A stretch of 63,774 bases of DNA, filler included, from Octopus bimaculoides (lineage: Eukaryota): NCBI RefSeq assembly GCF_001194135.2. It is 5 parts of 4 records of this genome, joined end to end, with 100 filler letters (N's around TTAATTAATTAA, not from the genome) between each part and the next. Parts side by side here need not be neighbours in the genome. Positions count along the whole stretch, not along the records: positions 1 to 28,690 come from NC_069008.1; 4 more parts are not named here. The stretch is one strand, 5' to 3'. Positions 1-12,104 of this stretch are shown here, one piece after another. Positions within the stretch are counted from its first letter, which is position 1. Each line of letters starts with the position of its first letter. Under the pieces are notes generated by a model that saw nothing but the letters and a program-made list of their open reading frames with translations, was not told the DNA's origin and did no database searches. The position numbers were made by a program, and so were the translations under genes.

Positions 1-16
1 TATTTATATATATATA

Positions 17-307
17 CTCTTTTACTTATTTCAGTCATTTGACTGCAGCCATGCTGGGGCACCGCCTTTAGTCGAGCAAATCGACCCCTTTGTAAGCCTA
101 GTACTTATTCTATTGGTCTCTTTTGCTGAACCGTTAAGTTACGGGCACGTAAACACACCACCATCGGTTGCCAAACGATGTTGGGGGGACAAACACAGAC
201 ACACAAACATACACACACACACACACATATATATATATACATATATACGACGGGCTTCTTTCAGTTTCCATCTACCAAATCCACTCACAAGACTTTGATT
301 GGCCCGA
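17..307 (-). mobile_element. SINE family A copy (tRNA-head/CORE-like SINE with internal CA/TA microsatellite); head lost in gap
   Basis: Near-identical to the full copy at 43577-43982; tail, microsatellite, then start of core. Confidence 0.85.
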
Positions 308-1353
308 ANNNNNNNNNNNNNNNNNNNNNNNNNNNNNNNNNNNNNNNNNNNNNNNNNNNNNNNNNNNNNNNNNNNNNNNNNNNNNNNNNNNNNNNNNNNN
401 NNNNNNNNNNNNNNNNNNNNNNNNNNNNNNNNNNNNNNNNNNNNNNNNNNNNNNNNNNNNNNNNNNNNNNNNNNNNNNNNNNNNNNNNNNNNNNNNNNNN
501 NNNNNNNNNNNNNNNNNNNNNNNNNNNNNNNNNNNNNNNNNNNNNNNNNNNNNNNNNNNNNNNNNNNNNNNNNNNNNNNNNNNNNNNNNNNNNNNNNNNN
601 NNNNNNNNNNNNNNNNNNNNNNNNNNNNNNNNNNNNNNNNNNNNNNNNNNNNNNNNNNNNNNNNNNNNNNNNNNNNNNNNNNNNNNNNNNNNNNNNNNNN
701 NNNNNNNNNNNNNNNNNNNNNNNNNNNNNNNNNNNNNNNNNNNNNNNNNNNNNNNNNNNNNNNNNNNNNNNNNNNNNNNNNNNNNNNNNNNNNNNNNNNN
801 NNNNNNNNNNNNNNNNNNNNNNNNNNNNNNNNNNNNNNNNNNNNNNNNNNNNNNNNNNNNNNNNNNNNNNNNNNNNNNNNNNNNNNNNNNNNNNNNNNNC
901 TTACACCCTCTCCCACATTGCCCCACCTCTACCTACCCACATACCCTTCCTCTACCCCACCCTCAACCTAACCCACACCCACCCGTGCTTTGCCCACTCT
1001 CGCCTCCCCCCACCTCCCAACACCATCACACCACACCACACACCACTACTCCATACCACACAACACATCACATCACAACACACCCCCACACACACACCAG
1101 CACTGACCACTTCCCTGCCCCACATTTTCACACCTACACATACACACACGCACACGTCAAGATCACACAATTAGGGTAGATATAGATCTGTAATGTGAAT
1201 GGTGTATGCGATGTATGGGGGTTAGTGGTATTAACTGAAAGGTTAGTAGTGTTCTGTATTATGTTATGCATTCATATTTAGTTGTGGAAGATATTTATTG
1301 ATGAAAGTTGCCTCTTTATTTATTCTTTGTTGTATTGAGGTGTTCCATGAACA

Positions 1354-2646
1354 TCAATAGAAGGGAAAAATTAGGAAATTAGGATTGAGATTCCTTGCAC
1401 ACCTTTCTATGTGTTCACTGACCTGTATCTGTCTGTATTGTGGGTGGTGGATTTGTTCTTTGTGGAGAGTGGTTCTTCGACAGAGTGATATTCCTGTTTG
1501 GCCAATATGATTATTACTACACCCTAAGCATGTAATGGCATAGATTAGATTTTGTGAAGCACAGGTGAAATTTGATTTAATCTTAAATATTTCACCTTGT
1601 TTAAAGTGGAACTCTGAACCCTCCAAAAGGTGGGGGCAAGTGCCACAGTTAGGTCAACCACATTTTTTCACTTTTGGTTCTGTTGTTAATGGATATAGTC
1701 TTGCACTGGTTAATATTTTTTTCAATGATTTAGGTTGCATTTTGCTTTTGATAACTTTGTGTGAGCCTAAAATTTTGTTCATTGTTTTATCTCTTGTGAG
1801 GATGGGTAGATTTTGGATGATAATGTTAAAGGCTTCGTTGTTTCTAGGGTTATGTGTGGAGATGTATGGGAGTATTTTTAAGTCTGGTTTAGTATTTTGA
1901 TTGACTTCCCTTATTGTTCGTATATTTATTTCCTTAGCTCGTTTAATTCCATCATTTATTAATGATATTGGGTAATGTCTTTTGATTAGTATTGATCAGA
2001 GTCCAAGGAGTCTTTGTTCACAAGTATCGGTGTCCGAAACTATGGTACAGATTCTTTTCGCTAGATTATAAGTTATATTAATTTTTGTGTGTTCGGGGTG
2101 GCATGAGTTAAATAATAGGTATTGTTTAGAATCTGTGAGTTTATAGAAAATGTCTGTTTCTATGTGGTTATTGACTATTTTAATCAGGATGTCAAGAAAA
2201 GGGAGTTGTTTACTGCTGTGTTCCATGGTGAATTGTATGTTGCTATTAATATTGTTAAGCATTATTTTGAAATCGAGGAGTTTGTCCATGCTGTCCTTCC
2301 AAAGTATAAAGCAATCGTCCAAATACCTCTTTCAGTTCTCCTTTAAATAGCAATGAAAAGAGGTGCCAAATTTTTGTAGTGGTGATTGATATATTTTAAG
2401 CTCTAGGTAACCCATTACAAGGTTCGCAATCACTGGAGCAGCTCGGGTTCCCATTGCAATTCCACATTTTTGTCGATAGTAAACTGTATCGAACATGAAA
2501 TAGTTGTTCAGTAGGATGAATTTGAGTGCTGCGATTATAAATCTGTGGTTGATGCGCCCTGGGATCTCTTGTGGGTATTTTTCTAGCCAGAAAGTGATCA
2601 CTTCTATACCATAATCGTGTGGGATATTGGTGTACAAATTCACCAC
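1354..2646 (-). mobile_element. Penelope-like element 1, degenerate RT + GIY-YIG endonuclease
   Basis: Successive ORFs: NLYTNIP...GIAMGTRAAPVIANLVMGYLE, MDDCFILW...LPFLDI...DIFYKLTDSKQYL (PLE RT) and NLIYAITCLGC...HIGQTG...H (GIY-YIG with CCHH-like residues); frameshifted. Confidence 0.9.
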
Positions 2647-2671
2647 ATCGAATGATACTATATATGTGTGT

Positions 2672-2754
<83 letters not shown>

Positions 2755-3008
2755 TGTGTGTCTGTGTGTGTCTGTGTGTATGTATATATATATTCATGAA
2801 AGGCTTATTTCAGCTTCTGTCCACCAAATCCATTTATAAGGCTTTGGTTGGTCTACGGCTATAGTAGAAGACACTAGGTAGAGTGATGGTTAGGTGGATG
2901 AGGAGAGGTACCAAGAAGAAAGTAGGAGAGTGGAGAGTCCAAGAGAGGAGGAAGTTCAGTCAGGTAGGATCGAACTGGGGTGACCACGTGAGTGTAGGTA
3001 ATATATGT

Positions 3009-3039
<31 letters not shown>

Positions 3040-3677
3040 TAATTATGTGTATTTCTTCTATCTTAATGAATAAAAATTCTTCTGATAGAATAAATGGGTT
3101 AATAGAAACTAATGTAGCAAAGAACACAAATTAACTGTGGTTAGCTCCTGTTTTTAAGGCAGGAACTCCTTGAAATTTTGGGTATTTGAGTATATTTAAG
3201 AATTTAAGGATTGGAGAAANNNNNNNNNNNNNNNNNNNNNNNNNNNNNNNNNNNNNNNNNNNNNNNNNNNNNNNNNNNNNNNNNNNNNNNNNNNNNNNNN
3301 NNNNNNNNNNNNNNNNNNNNNNNNNNNNNNNNNNNNNNNNNNNNNNNNNNNNNNNNNNNNNNNNNNNNNNNNNNNNNNNNNNNNNNNNNNNNNNNNNNNN
3401 NNNNNNNNNNNNNNNNNNNNNNNNNNNNNNNNNNNNNNNNNNNNNNNNNNNNNNNNNNNNNNNNNNNNNNNNNNNNNNNNNNNNNNNNNNNNNNNNNNNN
3501 NNNNNNNNNNNNNNNNNNNNNNNNNNNNNNNNNNNNNNNNNNNNNNNNNNNNNNNNNNNNNNNNNNNNNNNNNNNNNNNNNNNNNNNNNNNNNNNNNNNN
3601 NNNNNNNNNNNNNNNNNNNNNNNNNNNNNNNNNNNNNNNNNNNNNNNNNNNNNNNNNNNNNNNNNNNNNNNNNNNNN

Positions 3678-3725
<48 letters not shown>

Positions 3726-4024
3726 TGTACATACACACATTCTTTTACTTGTTTCAGTCATGTGACTGTGGCTATGCTGGAACACTGCCTTGAAAGATTT
3801 TAGAGGAAGAAATCGACCCCAATACTTATTTTCTTTTTAAGCCTGACAATTTATCAGTCTCTTTTGCTGAACTACTAAGTTACAAGGATCTAAACACACC
3901 AACACCAGTTGTCAAGTAGTGATAGGGGAACAAACACAGACATAAAGCCATACACACATAGATAGATACATATATATATGTATATATATATGTATGTGTG
4001 TGTGTGTGTGTGTGTGTTTGTGGA

Positions 4025-4400
4025 GGTGCAATGGCCCAGTGGTTAGGACAGCAGGTTCGCAGTCGTAGGTTCGCAGTTTCGATTCCCAGACTGGCATTGT
4101 GAGTATTTATTGAGTGAAAACCCCTAAAGCTCCATGAGGATCTGGCAGTGGGTGGTGGCAAACCCTGCTGTACTCTTTCACCATAACTTTCTCTCACTCT
4201 TTCTCCCTGTTTCTGTTGTAACTGTATTTCAAAGGACCAGCCTTGTCACACACTGTGTCATGCTGAATCTCCCCCAGAACTACATTAAGGGGACATGTGT
4301 CTGTGGAGTGCTCAGCCACTTGCACGTTAATTTCACGAGCAGGCTGTTTCATTGATCAGATCGACTGGAACCTTCATCGTCATAACCAACAGAATGCCAC
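4025..4400 (+). mobile_element. SINE family C (tRNA-derived head TGGCCCAGTGGTTAG ... GGTTCGCAGTTTCGATTCCC)
   Basis: A/B-box-like head; 3' part shared with copies at 55405-55700 and 62870-63170. Confidence 0.8.
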
Positions 4401-4531
4401 GTTATATATACATAGGAGAGTATTGTAGTTCGTTGGAAGCATTGTGTGTTTGTGAAATATAACGTGTCTTGAATGGCACAACAATGCAGAGTGGACTCTA
4501 ATAACTATTATAATTTAATTATTCATAGTTT

Positions 4532-4573
4532 GATATAATATTTCGGAACATAAAAATTCCTTCTACAGATATT
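4532..4573 (-). ncRNA. Degenerate minimal hammerhead ribozyme (module A, left arm)
   Basis: Minus strand AATAT-CTGTAGA-AGGAATTTTTATGTTCC-GAAA-TATT-ATATC; A6 mutated. Confidence 0.55.
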
Positions 4574-4818
4574 GCTAGGAAGTGATTAAGTTACTGTTAT
4601 AATCGGTTTCCAATAGTTACTGAATCTCTTTTTTTCTTTTTCGGAAGCATCTTTGCAGTGTTCTGACAAAGCTCCTTCCAGAGTTCCTCATGAGAAGTGC
4701 ATGAGGGCAGCCATGTATTCAAGCTCATGTGTGTTGGCATATCTGCAGAGATGGTTCCAAAAAAATTTCAGTAACCGTTGAAAAACCGATTAAAGCAGTG
4801 ACTCGATCAATTCCTAGC

Positions 4819-4860
4819 GATATCTGAAGAAGGAAATTTTATATTCTGAAATATTATATC
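4819..4860 (+). ncRNA. Minimal type-I hammerhead ribozyme (module A, right arm)
   Basis: GATAT-CTGAAGA-AGGAAATTTTATATTCT-GAAA-TATT-ATATC; stem I GATAT/ATATC and core intact. Confidence 0.7.
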
Positions 4861-4885
4861 AGGCTATGAATAATTAAATTATAAC

Positions 4886-4963
<78 letters not shown>

Positions 4964-5227
4964 CATATATAGGTAAGCCGAGGTAGCGGTTGGAATAACC
5001 ATCTAAGGGATAAGAATATCCGTTCTTACTACTGGTATCAATTACCTGAGCTATCCCTATGCATGGGTATGCAAGCACACTATGCTCATAGGGTACTGGT
5101 AATAACAGAATAAAGAGAAGTTTATCAAGAATCAAATTTAAATAAGCAGAAAATGAAGAAAAACAAACAAATTGACCAACACTGGTTAGTTATTTTTTAA
5201 TACAGAACATAACATAACATAACATTT

Positions 5228-5332
5228 CTTACAGCCGTTTCAGCTGCCAATGTCAGTCGGTGTTTACAAAGAAAATTTTGAGAATAATATTTGTCATCTT
5301 TATAGCACATTCAATCTGGAGCTTTATCAGAG
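5228..5332 (-). ncRNA. Degenerate HHR, module B left arm
   Basis: CT-CTGATAA-AGCTCCA...TGGCAGCT-GAAA-CGGCTG-TA-AG. Confidence 0.5.
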
Positions 5333-5805
5333 TCAATACGATTTCATAAAATAAATGAAGGGAAGAGAAAAGAACAGGGCCTCAAAATGAGGCCAGAAGG
5401 CTCAATATATTAGAATCATATCAAACTGACCAATTGTAGAAATGGATGGACTTTGGTCAATTCCATTATGGACAACAGGCATTTGGTCTCTAGAATATTT
5501 CAGTAAGTACACCTTTATAAAAACTTTATGGGTTTTGAATAATATTACTATCCTTTTGCAAGACATATTGGCGCTTCCTGTTTTACTTTAACACTAGTTT
5601 TATTTTACTACTATTTACACACCCTGGTACCCCTATATAAAGAGGTAACCCATAAATTATTTCTCTAGTTCATTTGCTAGTTCACTCTTTTGCCTATCGA
5701 CTTCAAGCTTCACACTGCAAAATAGTATGATTCTAATATATTGAACCTTCTGGCCCCATCTCAAGGCCCTGTGTTTTCCTATTCCCTCTTTCCTTCTTTT
5801 ATTCA

Positions 5806-5917
5806 CTCTGATGAAGCTCCATGTCCTAGATCAGATGTGCTGTAAAGATAACAAATATTATTTTCGGAATTTTCTTTGTAAGCACTGACTGACATTGGCA
5901 GCCAAATCGGCCATAAG
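5806..5917 (+). ncRNA. Degenerate HHR, module B right arm
   Basis: CT-CTGATGA-AGCTCCA...TGGCAGCC-AAAT-CGGCCA-TA-AG; its mutations are complementary to those of the left arm. Confidence 0.45.
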
Positions 5918-6329
5918 AGATGTTATGTTTTGTATTAAAAATAATTAATTGACGTTGGTCAGTTTGTTTGTTTGCTGATCAAAAGTTTTCTCCATTTTCT
6001 GCTTATTTAAATGTTGTGCCATGCAGTGGGACTGAACCCAGAATCAAGTGCTTGGGAAGCAAGCTCCTTACCACACAGCCATGGTCTGATTATTTCCATC
6101 TAAAAGATACTATTCTAAGGAACAGGCAATGTTCCCTCAAATTTTTTGCTGTAGGTGTGCTCAGAAATCTGCTTGAGGGCAAATTTTGTCTTTATTTGTC
6201 AAGTATGAGCACATCCATGCAAGTAACTATCTTTAAGTAATTAAGAATATTCAGTTTCATCTTAAAAGCCCTTTGAAACATTGGGTGAAATACTGGGCAC
6301 AGGCCTGGATAAAAAAACTTTTCCTTTGA

Positions 6330-6745
6330 CTTGCTTCAACCATGTGACTGTGGCCATTCTGGGACATCATCTTGAAAAATTTTAGTCAAACAAATTGACC
6401 CCCAATACTTATTATTAGTTTATAAAGCCTGGTAGTTACTTTATCGTTCTCTTTTGCCAAACTTCTAAGTTACAGGGATGTAAACACACCAACACTGGTA
6501 GTCAAGAGGGGGGAGACAAGCAAAAATGCAAAGACAGACAGACACACACACACATACACACACACACATACACACACATATATACAATGGGTTTCTTTCT
6601 GTTTCTATCTAAGAAATCCACTCACAAGGCTTTGGCCAGCTCAAGGCTATAGTAGAAGACACTTGCCCAAGGTGTCATGCAGTGGGACTGAACCTGAAAC
6701 CACATGGTTGGGAAGCAAGCTTCTTACTACACAGCCACACCTGTA
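6330..6745 (-). mobile_element. SINE family A, full-length diverged copy
   Basis: Tail, (CA)n, core and head all align to 43577-43982. Confidence 0.8.
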
Positions 6746-7028
6746 CCTATGATGAAAGACTAGAAATTTTGGTGAAAGTCTAGTAATTGTTAGGGCAATT
6801 CTGCCATGCAAAAATGTTCTTTGTGTAGTTACAGTTGATATTTTTACTATAAACAAATTCTGAAAGCCAGCTTACACTTATTCTTCCTTGGTGCAGATAA
6901 GAATTTCTGGTTGCTATTTCATATTATACTATTCACAGGATGAGTTGGAACAGAATAGATATTCTTCATGTTCATCTCACCATGGCTGTTGCTACCAGTT
7001 TTTATGAATAGCATGCAAGTCTTGTCTT

Positions 7029-7075
<47 letters not shown>

Positions 7076-7081
7076 CTACAG

Positions 7082-7221
7082 AAGTTGATCAAGGAAGAGC
7101 AAAGTACTGGAAGCTTGGCACAAATGATATCACACACACTGCTATGAGAACATGGAGAGCCAGTGCAGATATCATAAAGCTCCCCATCACCTTCAAAAGG
7201 ATGCAATACAAAATGACCTTG
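7082..7221 (+). CDS. Candidate internal coding exon of an unidentified gene (xVDQGRAKYWKLGTNDITHTAMRTWRASADIIKLPITFKRMQYKMTL)
   Basis: (CT)n pyrimidine tract then CTACAG acceptor; TTG|GTAAGA donor; 140 nt open in phase 1 to 0; non-repetitive peptide. Confidence 0.55.
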
Positions 7222-7310
7222 GTAAGATTTGAAATCAGTATGCCAGAACATGTACCACCATCTAATCTACTAAACTCTTTAATGATTCAACCAATTCATA
7301 TACATCTGTA

Positions 7311-7345
<35 letters not shown>

Positions 7346-7775
7346 TTTCCTTTCTGAGCCACCTAATTCCTCTCCATACAGATACTTCCCATCCTCTGCA
7401 CCCCTGTCCTTGCTCATCACCCACTACACTAATCCTCTACCTCCACCTGTTTAATCCTCCATCACACTCTTATGAAAGCATCTACACACCCTCCCATCCC
7501 ATCCTGTCTTTATCCTTTCTTATGCTCACTTTCTTGCTCCTTGAGAGTTTGCTCTAGCACCCTATCATTACCTTCCACTTAATTCCTTCAGCCATGTATC
7601 TCGTCTATAGCAACACACCTGTGCTTCCCCGCCATCATACTTCAGCCTTTCAGTGCCTGGTATAAAGCCACCCACCACCACCTTCCCATCCCAACTACTT
7701 CCTACTAGTAGTGCAAGCTTTTCCCTTCCCCTTTCCCCTGTTCCTGTTCCATCATGCATAATACATGACAACCTC

Positions 7776-7975
7776 TCAAGTGCTGATGCCAGTAAATAAA
7801 AGCACCCAGTACACTTTGTAAAGTAGTTGGTGTTAGGAAGAGCATCCAACCATAGAAACCATGCCAAAAATGACATTGGAGCTCAATCAGACATGTAGCT
7901 CACCAGTTCCCTGTCAAATTGTCCAACTCATGCCAGCATGGAAAATAGATATTAAGAGATGTTGACGTTGATGGT
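7776..7975 (+). mobile_element. RTE-LINE 3' tail fragment
   Basis: AAAAGCACCC...GTTGGTGTTAGGAAGAGCATCC...CATGCCAGCATGGAAAATAGA, then degenerate GAT repeat. Confidence 0.7.
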
Positions 7976-8559
7976 ATATATTGCATTGAAATAACCATTA
8001 CTTGGTTTCACTGCATTGTTATATATTATGCAACTCTATGCCAGTACTTACTCCATTTTACACAGATACTTTAACAAGGATTTCGAATGGTCTGTTCTGT
8101 TTGAGTTGAGTCAGAAAATTCTAATTATATTCATCACTTCTAAGTTTTAACACAAAATATCAATACTTCCCCGGCATTACACAAAGCTAGACACTACAAC
8201 GTGAAAAGACAATACCTAGGTATATTGTTAAAAATCACACCAACACCAACCAGGAGGGCTTACCTTGAGTTGATGCTTCAAAATTCAACACCTTTTTTTG
8301 TGAGAATAAGATGGACAGACTCTATACCACTATTCATATTTGTAAATGTCTTAAGTGTGGAAGGTGTTGTGTAAGAGATAAATTCCTTTTTATTTATTCA
8401 CTGTGTAACAAATTTTTTACTTTTTTGTCTCTGGTCAGTAAGTGTTATTTCTTATTTGCTTTTCTCTAGAAATCAAAGGAATTCACTACAACTCCCTTCA
8501 GACTTTGATTTTATCACCTGGACATTTGAAACTGACTTATTTTCCATCACATTTCAGAC

Positions 8560-8760
8560 AGATTCAATTTGCTGAAGCAGAAATATTGTTATAGCAATTA
8601 GTCTTCTCAATACCACAGGTCTGCATGTCAGTTCTTGACCATAACCAGTTGAGCATGTCCCTTACTGGCTAACAATATGGGCATCTCGGATGATGAGCAG
8701 GGGTAGTGGGGGAGCATCATAGCCATGTGTTGAGAGAGACTCTTTGGGGTTTGAATAAAT
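8560..8760 (+). repeat. Fragment of the interspersed repeat family at 59348-59899
   Basis: Reverse-complement similarity to ~59640-59800. Confidence 0.65.
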
Positions 8761-8923
8761 ATCATAACTAAAGCAAAGTGTGAAGCAAATATTAACCATT
8801 TCTCATGCTTTCTAGGCGTGAGGAAAGAGAAAATAACAGTTACAACCCACCTACACAATATCATGTTACACAGTGTTATGCTATGATCTGAAACACACAT
8901 ATTATATACATATATACAAATAT

Positions 8924-8955
<32 letters not shown>

Positions 8956-9679
8956 NNNNNNNNNNNNNNNNNNNNNNNNNNNNNNNNNNNNNNNNNNNNN
9001 NNNNNNNNNNNNNNNNNNNNNNNNNNNNNNNNNNNNNNNNNNNNNNNNNNNNNNNNNNNNNNNNNNNNNNNNNNNNNNNNNNNNNNNNNNNNNNNNNNNN
9101 NNNNNNNNNNNNNNNNNNNNNNNNNNNNNNNNNNNNNNNNNNNNNNNNNNNNNNNNNNNNNNNNNNNNNNNNNNNNNNNNNNNNNNNNNNNNNNNNNNNN
9201 NNNNNNNNNNNNNNNNNNNNNNNNNNNNNNNNNNNNNNNNNNNNNNNNNNNNNNNNNNNNNNNNNNNNNNNNNNNNNNNNNNNNNNNNNNNNNNNNNNNN
9301 NNNNNNNNNNNNNNNNNNNNNNNNNNNNNNNNNNNNNNNNNNNNNNNNNNNNNNNNNNNNNNNNNNNNNNNNNNNNNNNNNNNNNNNNNNNNNNNNNNNN
9401 NNNNNNNNNNNNNNNNNNNNNNNNNNNNNNNNNNNNNNNNNNNNNNNNNNNNNNNNNNNNNNNNNNNNNNNNNNNNNNNNNNNNNNNNNNNNNNNNNNNN
9501 NNNNNNNNNNNNNNNNNNNNNNNNNNNNNNNNNNNNNNNNNNNNNNNNNNNNNNNNNNNNNNNNNNNNNNNNNNNNNNNNNNNNNNNNNNNNNNNNNNNN
9601 NNNNNNNNNNNNNNNNNNNNNNNNNNNNNNNNNNNNNNNNNNNNNNNNNNNNNNNNNNNNNNNNNNNNNNNNNNNNNNN

Positions 9680-9726
<47 letters not shown>

Positions 9727-9952
9727 CATACATGTATATATATATGTGTGTATGTATGTATATGTATATACATATCATGCTTTCATTCAGAATGGATATG
9801 AGCACCAACATCTCATGCAATAGCCCTTGATAATTGCCAAAAGGTATGCCTTTCTTAGCAAAAAACCAGTAGTAATCTGGTTAACACACAAATAAGGAAT
9901 ATTTATCCACCAATGTGGTGCTAAGCACTCATTCTCCCTGTTTGACATTAGC

Positions 9953-9993
<41 letters not shown>

Positions 9994-10116
9994 GTAAGAG
10001 GCTTCAATGAAGCTATAAGGTGTTACTCAGGTTGTACTCACAGCATCTTGTGGCAGAAACAGTCGTAAGCTAATGAAGTTCATAAGATAATAATTTATTC
10101 CTGTCATCTCATTTTT

Positions 10117-10159
<43 letters not shown>

Positions 10160-11264
10160 TCACACACAAAGCAGGCATTGGTAAACCAGATGCTGCAGTA
10201 GAAAACACTTCCCTTGCACAGTGTATGGCACAGGCGACTTGAACCAAGAACCATGGTGACCATTGTAAAGTAAACATTCTACCTGTACAGTTTACACCTG
10301 ATTGCTTTTCCAGATCATTAACCTTGTCTGTACAATGTATATCAAACACCATCTATCTGAACATGTCTGTATATCTTGGATCGTTAGGTAATGAGGAAAT
10401 ATTTTTTTCCAATTATTAACCTTCATCTTTAGAGAGATTAATGATTTGATTCAATATTCATATCTATACAATACTTTGATCAGTTTCATCTCTCTTCAAA
10501 ATCATTAGGCAATTATTTCTGGATGTCTACATACAAACAGCTGTCAAAATTCTCCTCAATACCGTGTTGTTGTCTTAAAAAAAAAAAAAGAAAGAAAGAA
10601 AGAGCAAACAACATGTTGGATGATGTAGTCCAAGATATAATATGTCTGAAAAATATCAAATAGACAGGATGATCAATCATCTGACAGGGACACCAATCTA
10701 TCAATCTGTCTGTCTGTCTTCCTCTCCATCCATCCATCCATCCATCTATACATACATACATACATACATACAAACAAACATATAATTATAAACATTATAT
10801 AAATATGAGACACTTCTTCATGTATATAAATACACACACACACACACACACATATATTCTTTCACTTGTTTCAGTTAATTGACTGTGGCCATGCTGGAGC
10901 ACTACCTCCCCATAATTTAGCTGTATCTTAGCACTTCAGAAAAAGAGACTGGTAAAATATGTACCAGGCTTTTAAAAAAAAGCACTGGGTGGGGGGTGAA
11001 ATTCTTCAAAGCAGAGCTCCAGCATGGCTGCAGTCTAATGACTGGCACACAGATAACACAGAGTAGTTCTCAGATGAATTTGAACTTGAATTCTAAATTC
11101 TTCAGTCAGAGCAAGGTCCATAGCAATAACCAAGCCTATATGGAGGTCGTAGCATTGATAAGCAACAGTTAACCTTGCTACATCTATATTTGTATACACG
11201 TATTAAGCCTAAGTGTTGTTTAGCGACCTTACTCCCCACTCTCATTTTTTCTCTGTATATATGC

Positions 11265-11304
<40 letters not shown>

Positions 11305-11416
11305 GAAAAGACAGCAAAAACCAAGGCAGGAGAAGTATTTCAAGCCATTTTAGAATATTTAATTAGAGTAAGGTGAATTTGAAGTAATTAATTAATTAGC
11401 TAATTAATTATTGGGT

Positions 11417-11492
11417 GTCTTTCAGCTGTTTCTGAGATATTCCAAGTGATAGGTTAGCATCTCCATACACTGGGTATTCTGTCATCAGAAAC
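11417..11492 (-). ncRNA. HHR motif of the same family as module E, cleavage triplet mutated
   Basis: GTTT-CTGATGA-CAGAATACCCA...TGGAATATCTCA-GAAA-CAGCTG-AA-AGAC; flank 11300-11345 resembles 51790-51835. Confidence 0.6.
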
Positions 11493-11760
11493 AAGGTGAG
11501 TATGTATGAAGGTTCTAGGCAGGGAATTCACAGATTATAAAGGAATGAAATCGTAGACAGAAGAATAGAGAAAAACGATAGAGGAATGGGACAGATGGGA
11601 GAATGAAGTTCACAGCTCATCTTCTTCCAGCACTTACATAGCATACTTATTCATTTCGATCATCAGTGAATTAAACTCCTCATAGTCTATGTATATAATG
11701 TAGTTCCATGGTTGTAAAAGCAACAAAAAAGTATGTCATCTGGTGAGAGATAAATATCAT

Positions 11761-12098
11761 TTAATAGTCACAATACATGTTTTTATTGGTTACTAATAGT
11801 TTCATATGTTGAGAAATAACCTCAAACATATTTATCAGGCACAAACCACATATAAGGAACTAAAAATTGAATGAAAGAAGCAACGCAAAAAGATGAGTTT
11901 TACTTTTTACTTTTGTTTTTTCTGTTTTTTAACCTTCTACATTTTCTATCTGCTTCCTTCTCAACTTTTTGTGTTTCTTCTCTCATTCAATTTTGAGTTT
12001 GTTATGATATGTGGTTTGTGCCTGACTAATATGGTTGAGGTATTTCTCAACATATGAACCTATTAGTAGCACATAAAAACATGGATTGTGACTATTAA
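11761..12098. repeat. Inverted-repeat module C (arms 11761-11897 / 11960-12098) carrying two HHR motifs
   Basis: Arms are reverse complements; HHR-like at 11786-11843 (-) and 12017-12073 (+). Confidence 0.9.
12017..12073 (+). ncRNA. Degenerate HHR, module C right arm
   Basis: TGTGC-CTGACTA-ATATGGTTGAG..CTCAACATAT-GAAC-CTATTAG-TA-GCACA; all three stems form, core mutated. Confidence 0.6.
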
Positions 12099-12104
12099 GT
12101 AATC

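Larger units (their letters stand above)
4508..4884. repeat. Inverted-repeat module A (arms 4508-4624 / 4767-4884) carrying two HHR motifs
   Basis: Arms are reverse complements at roughly 80-85% identity by eye. Confidence 0.9.
5160..5974. repeat. Inverted-repeat module B (arms ~5160-5420 / ~5726-5974) carrying two long-stem-II HHR motifs
   Basis: e.g. 5377-5420 GGGCCTCAAAATGAGGCCAGAAGGCTCAATATATTAGAATCATA is the near reverse complement of 5726-5769. Confidence 0.85.

Noticed and set aside
113-1179. Long ORFs spanning N runs and microsatellites (also 3131-3803, 8628-9830, 40129-40975, 50829-51380 and similar)
   Set aside because: They are open only because of gaps or dinucleotide repeats (HTHT, YIYI, CVCV); not genes
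2985-3218. Possible 5' continuation of PLE 1
   Set aside because: No recognisable motif; truncated by a gap
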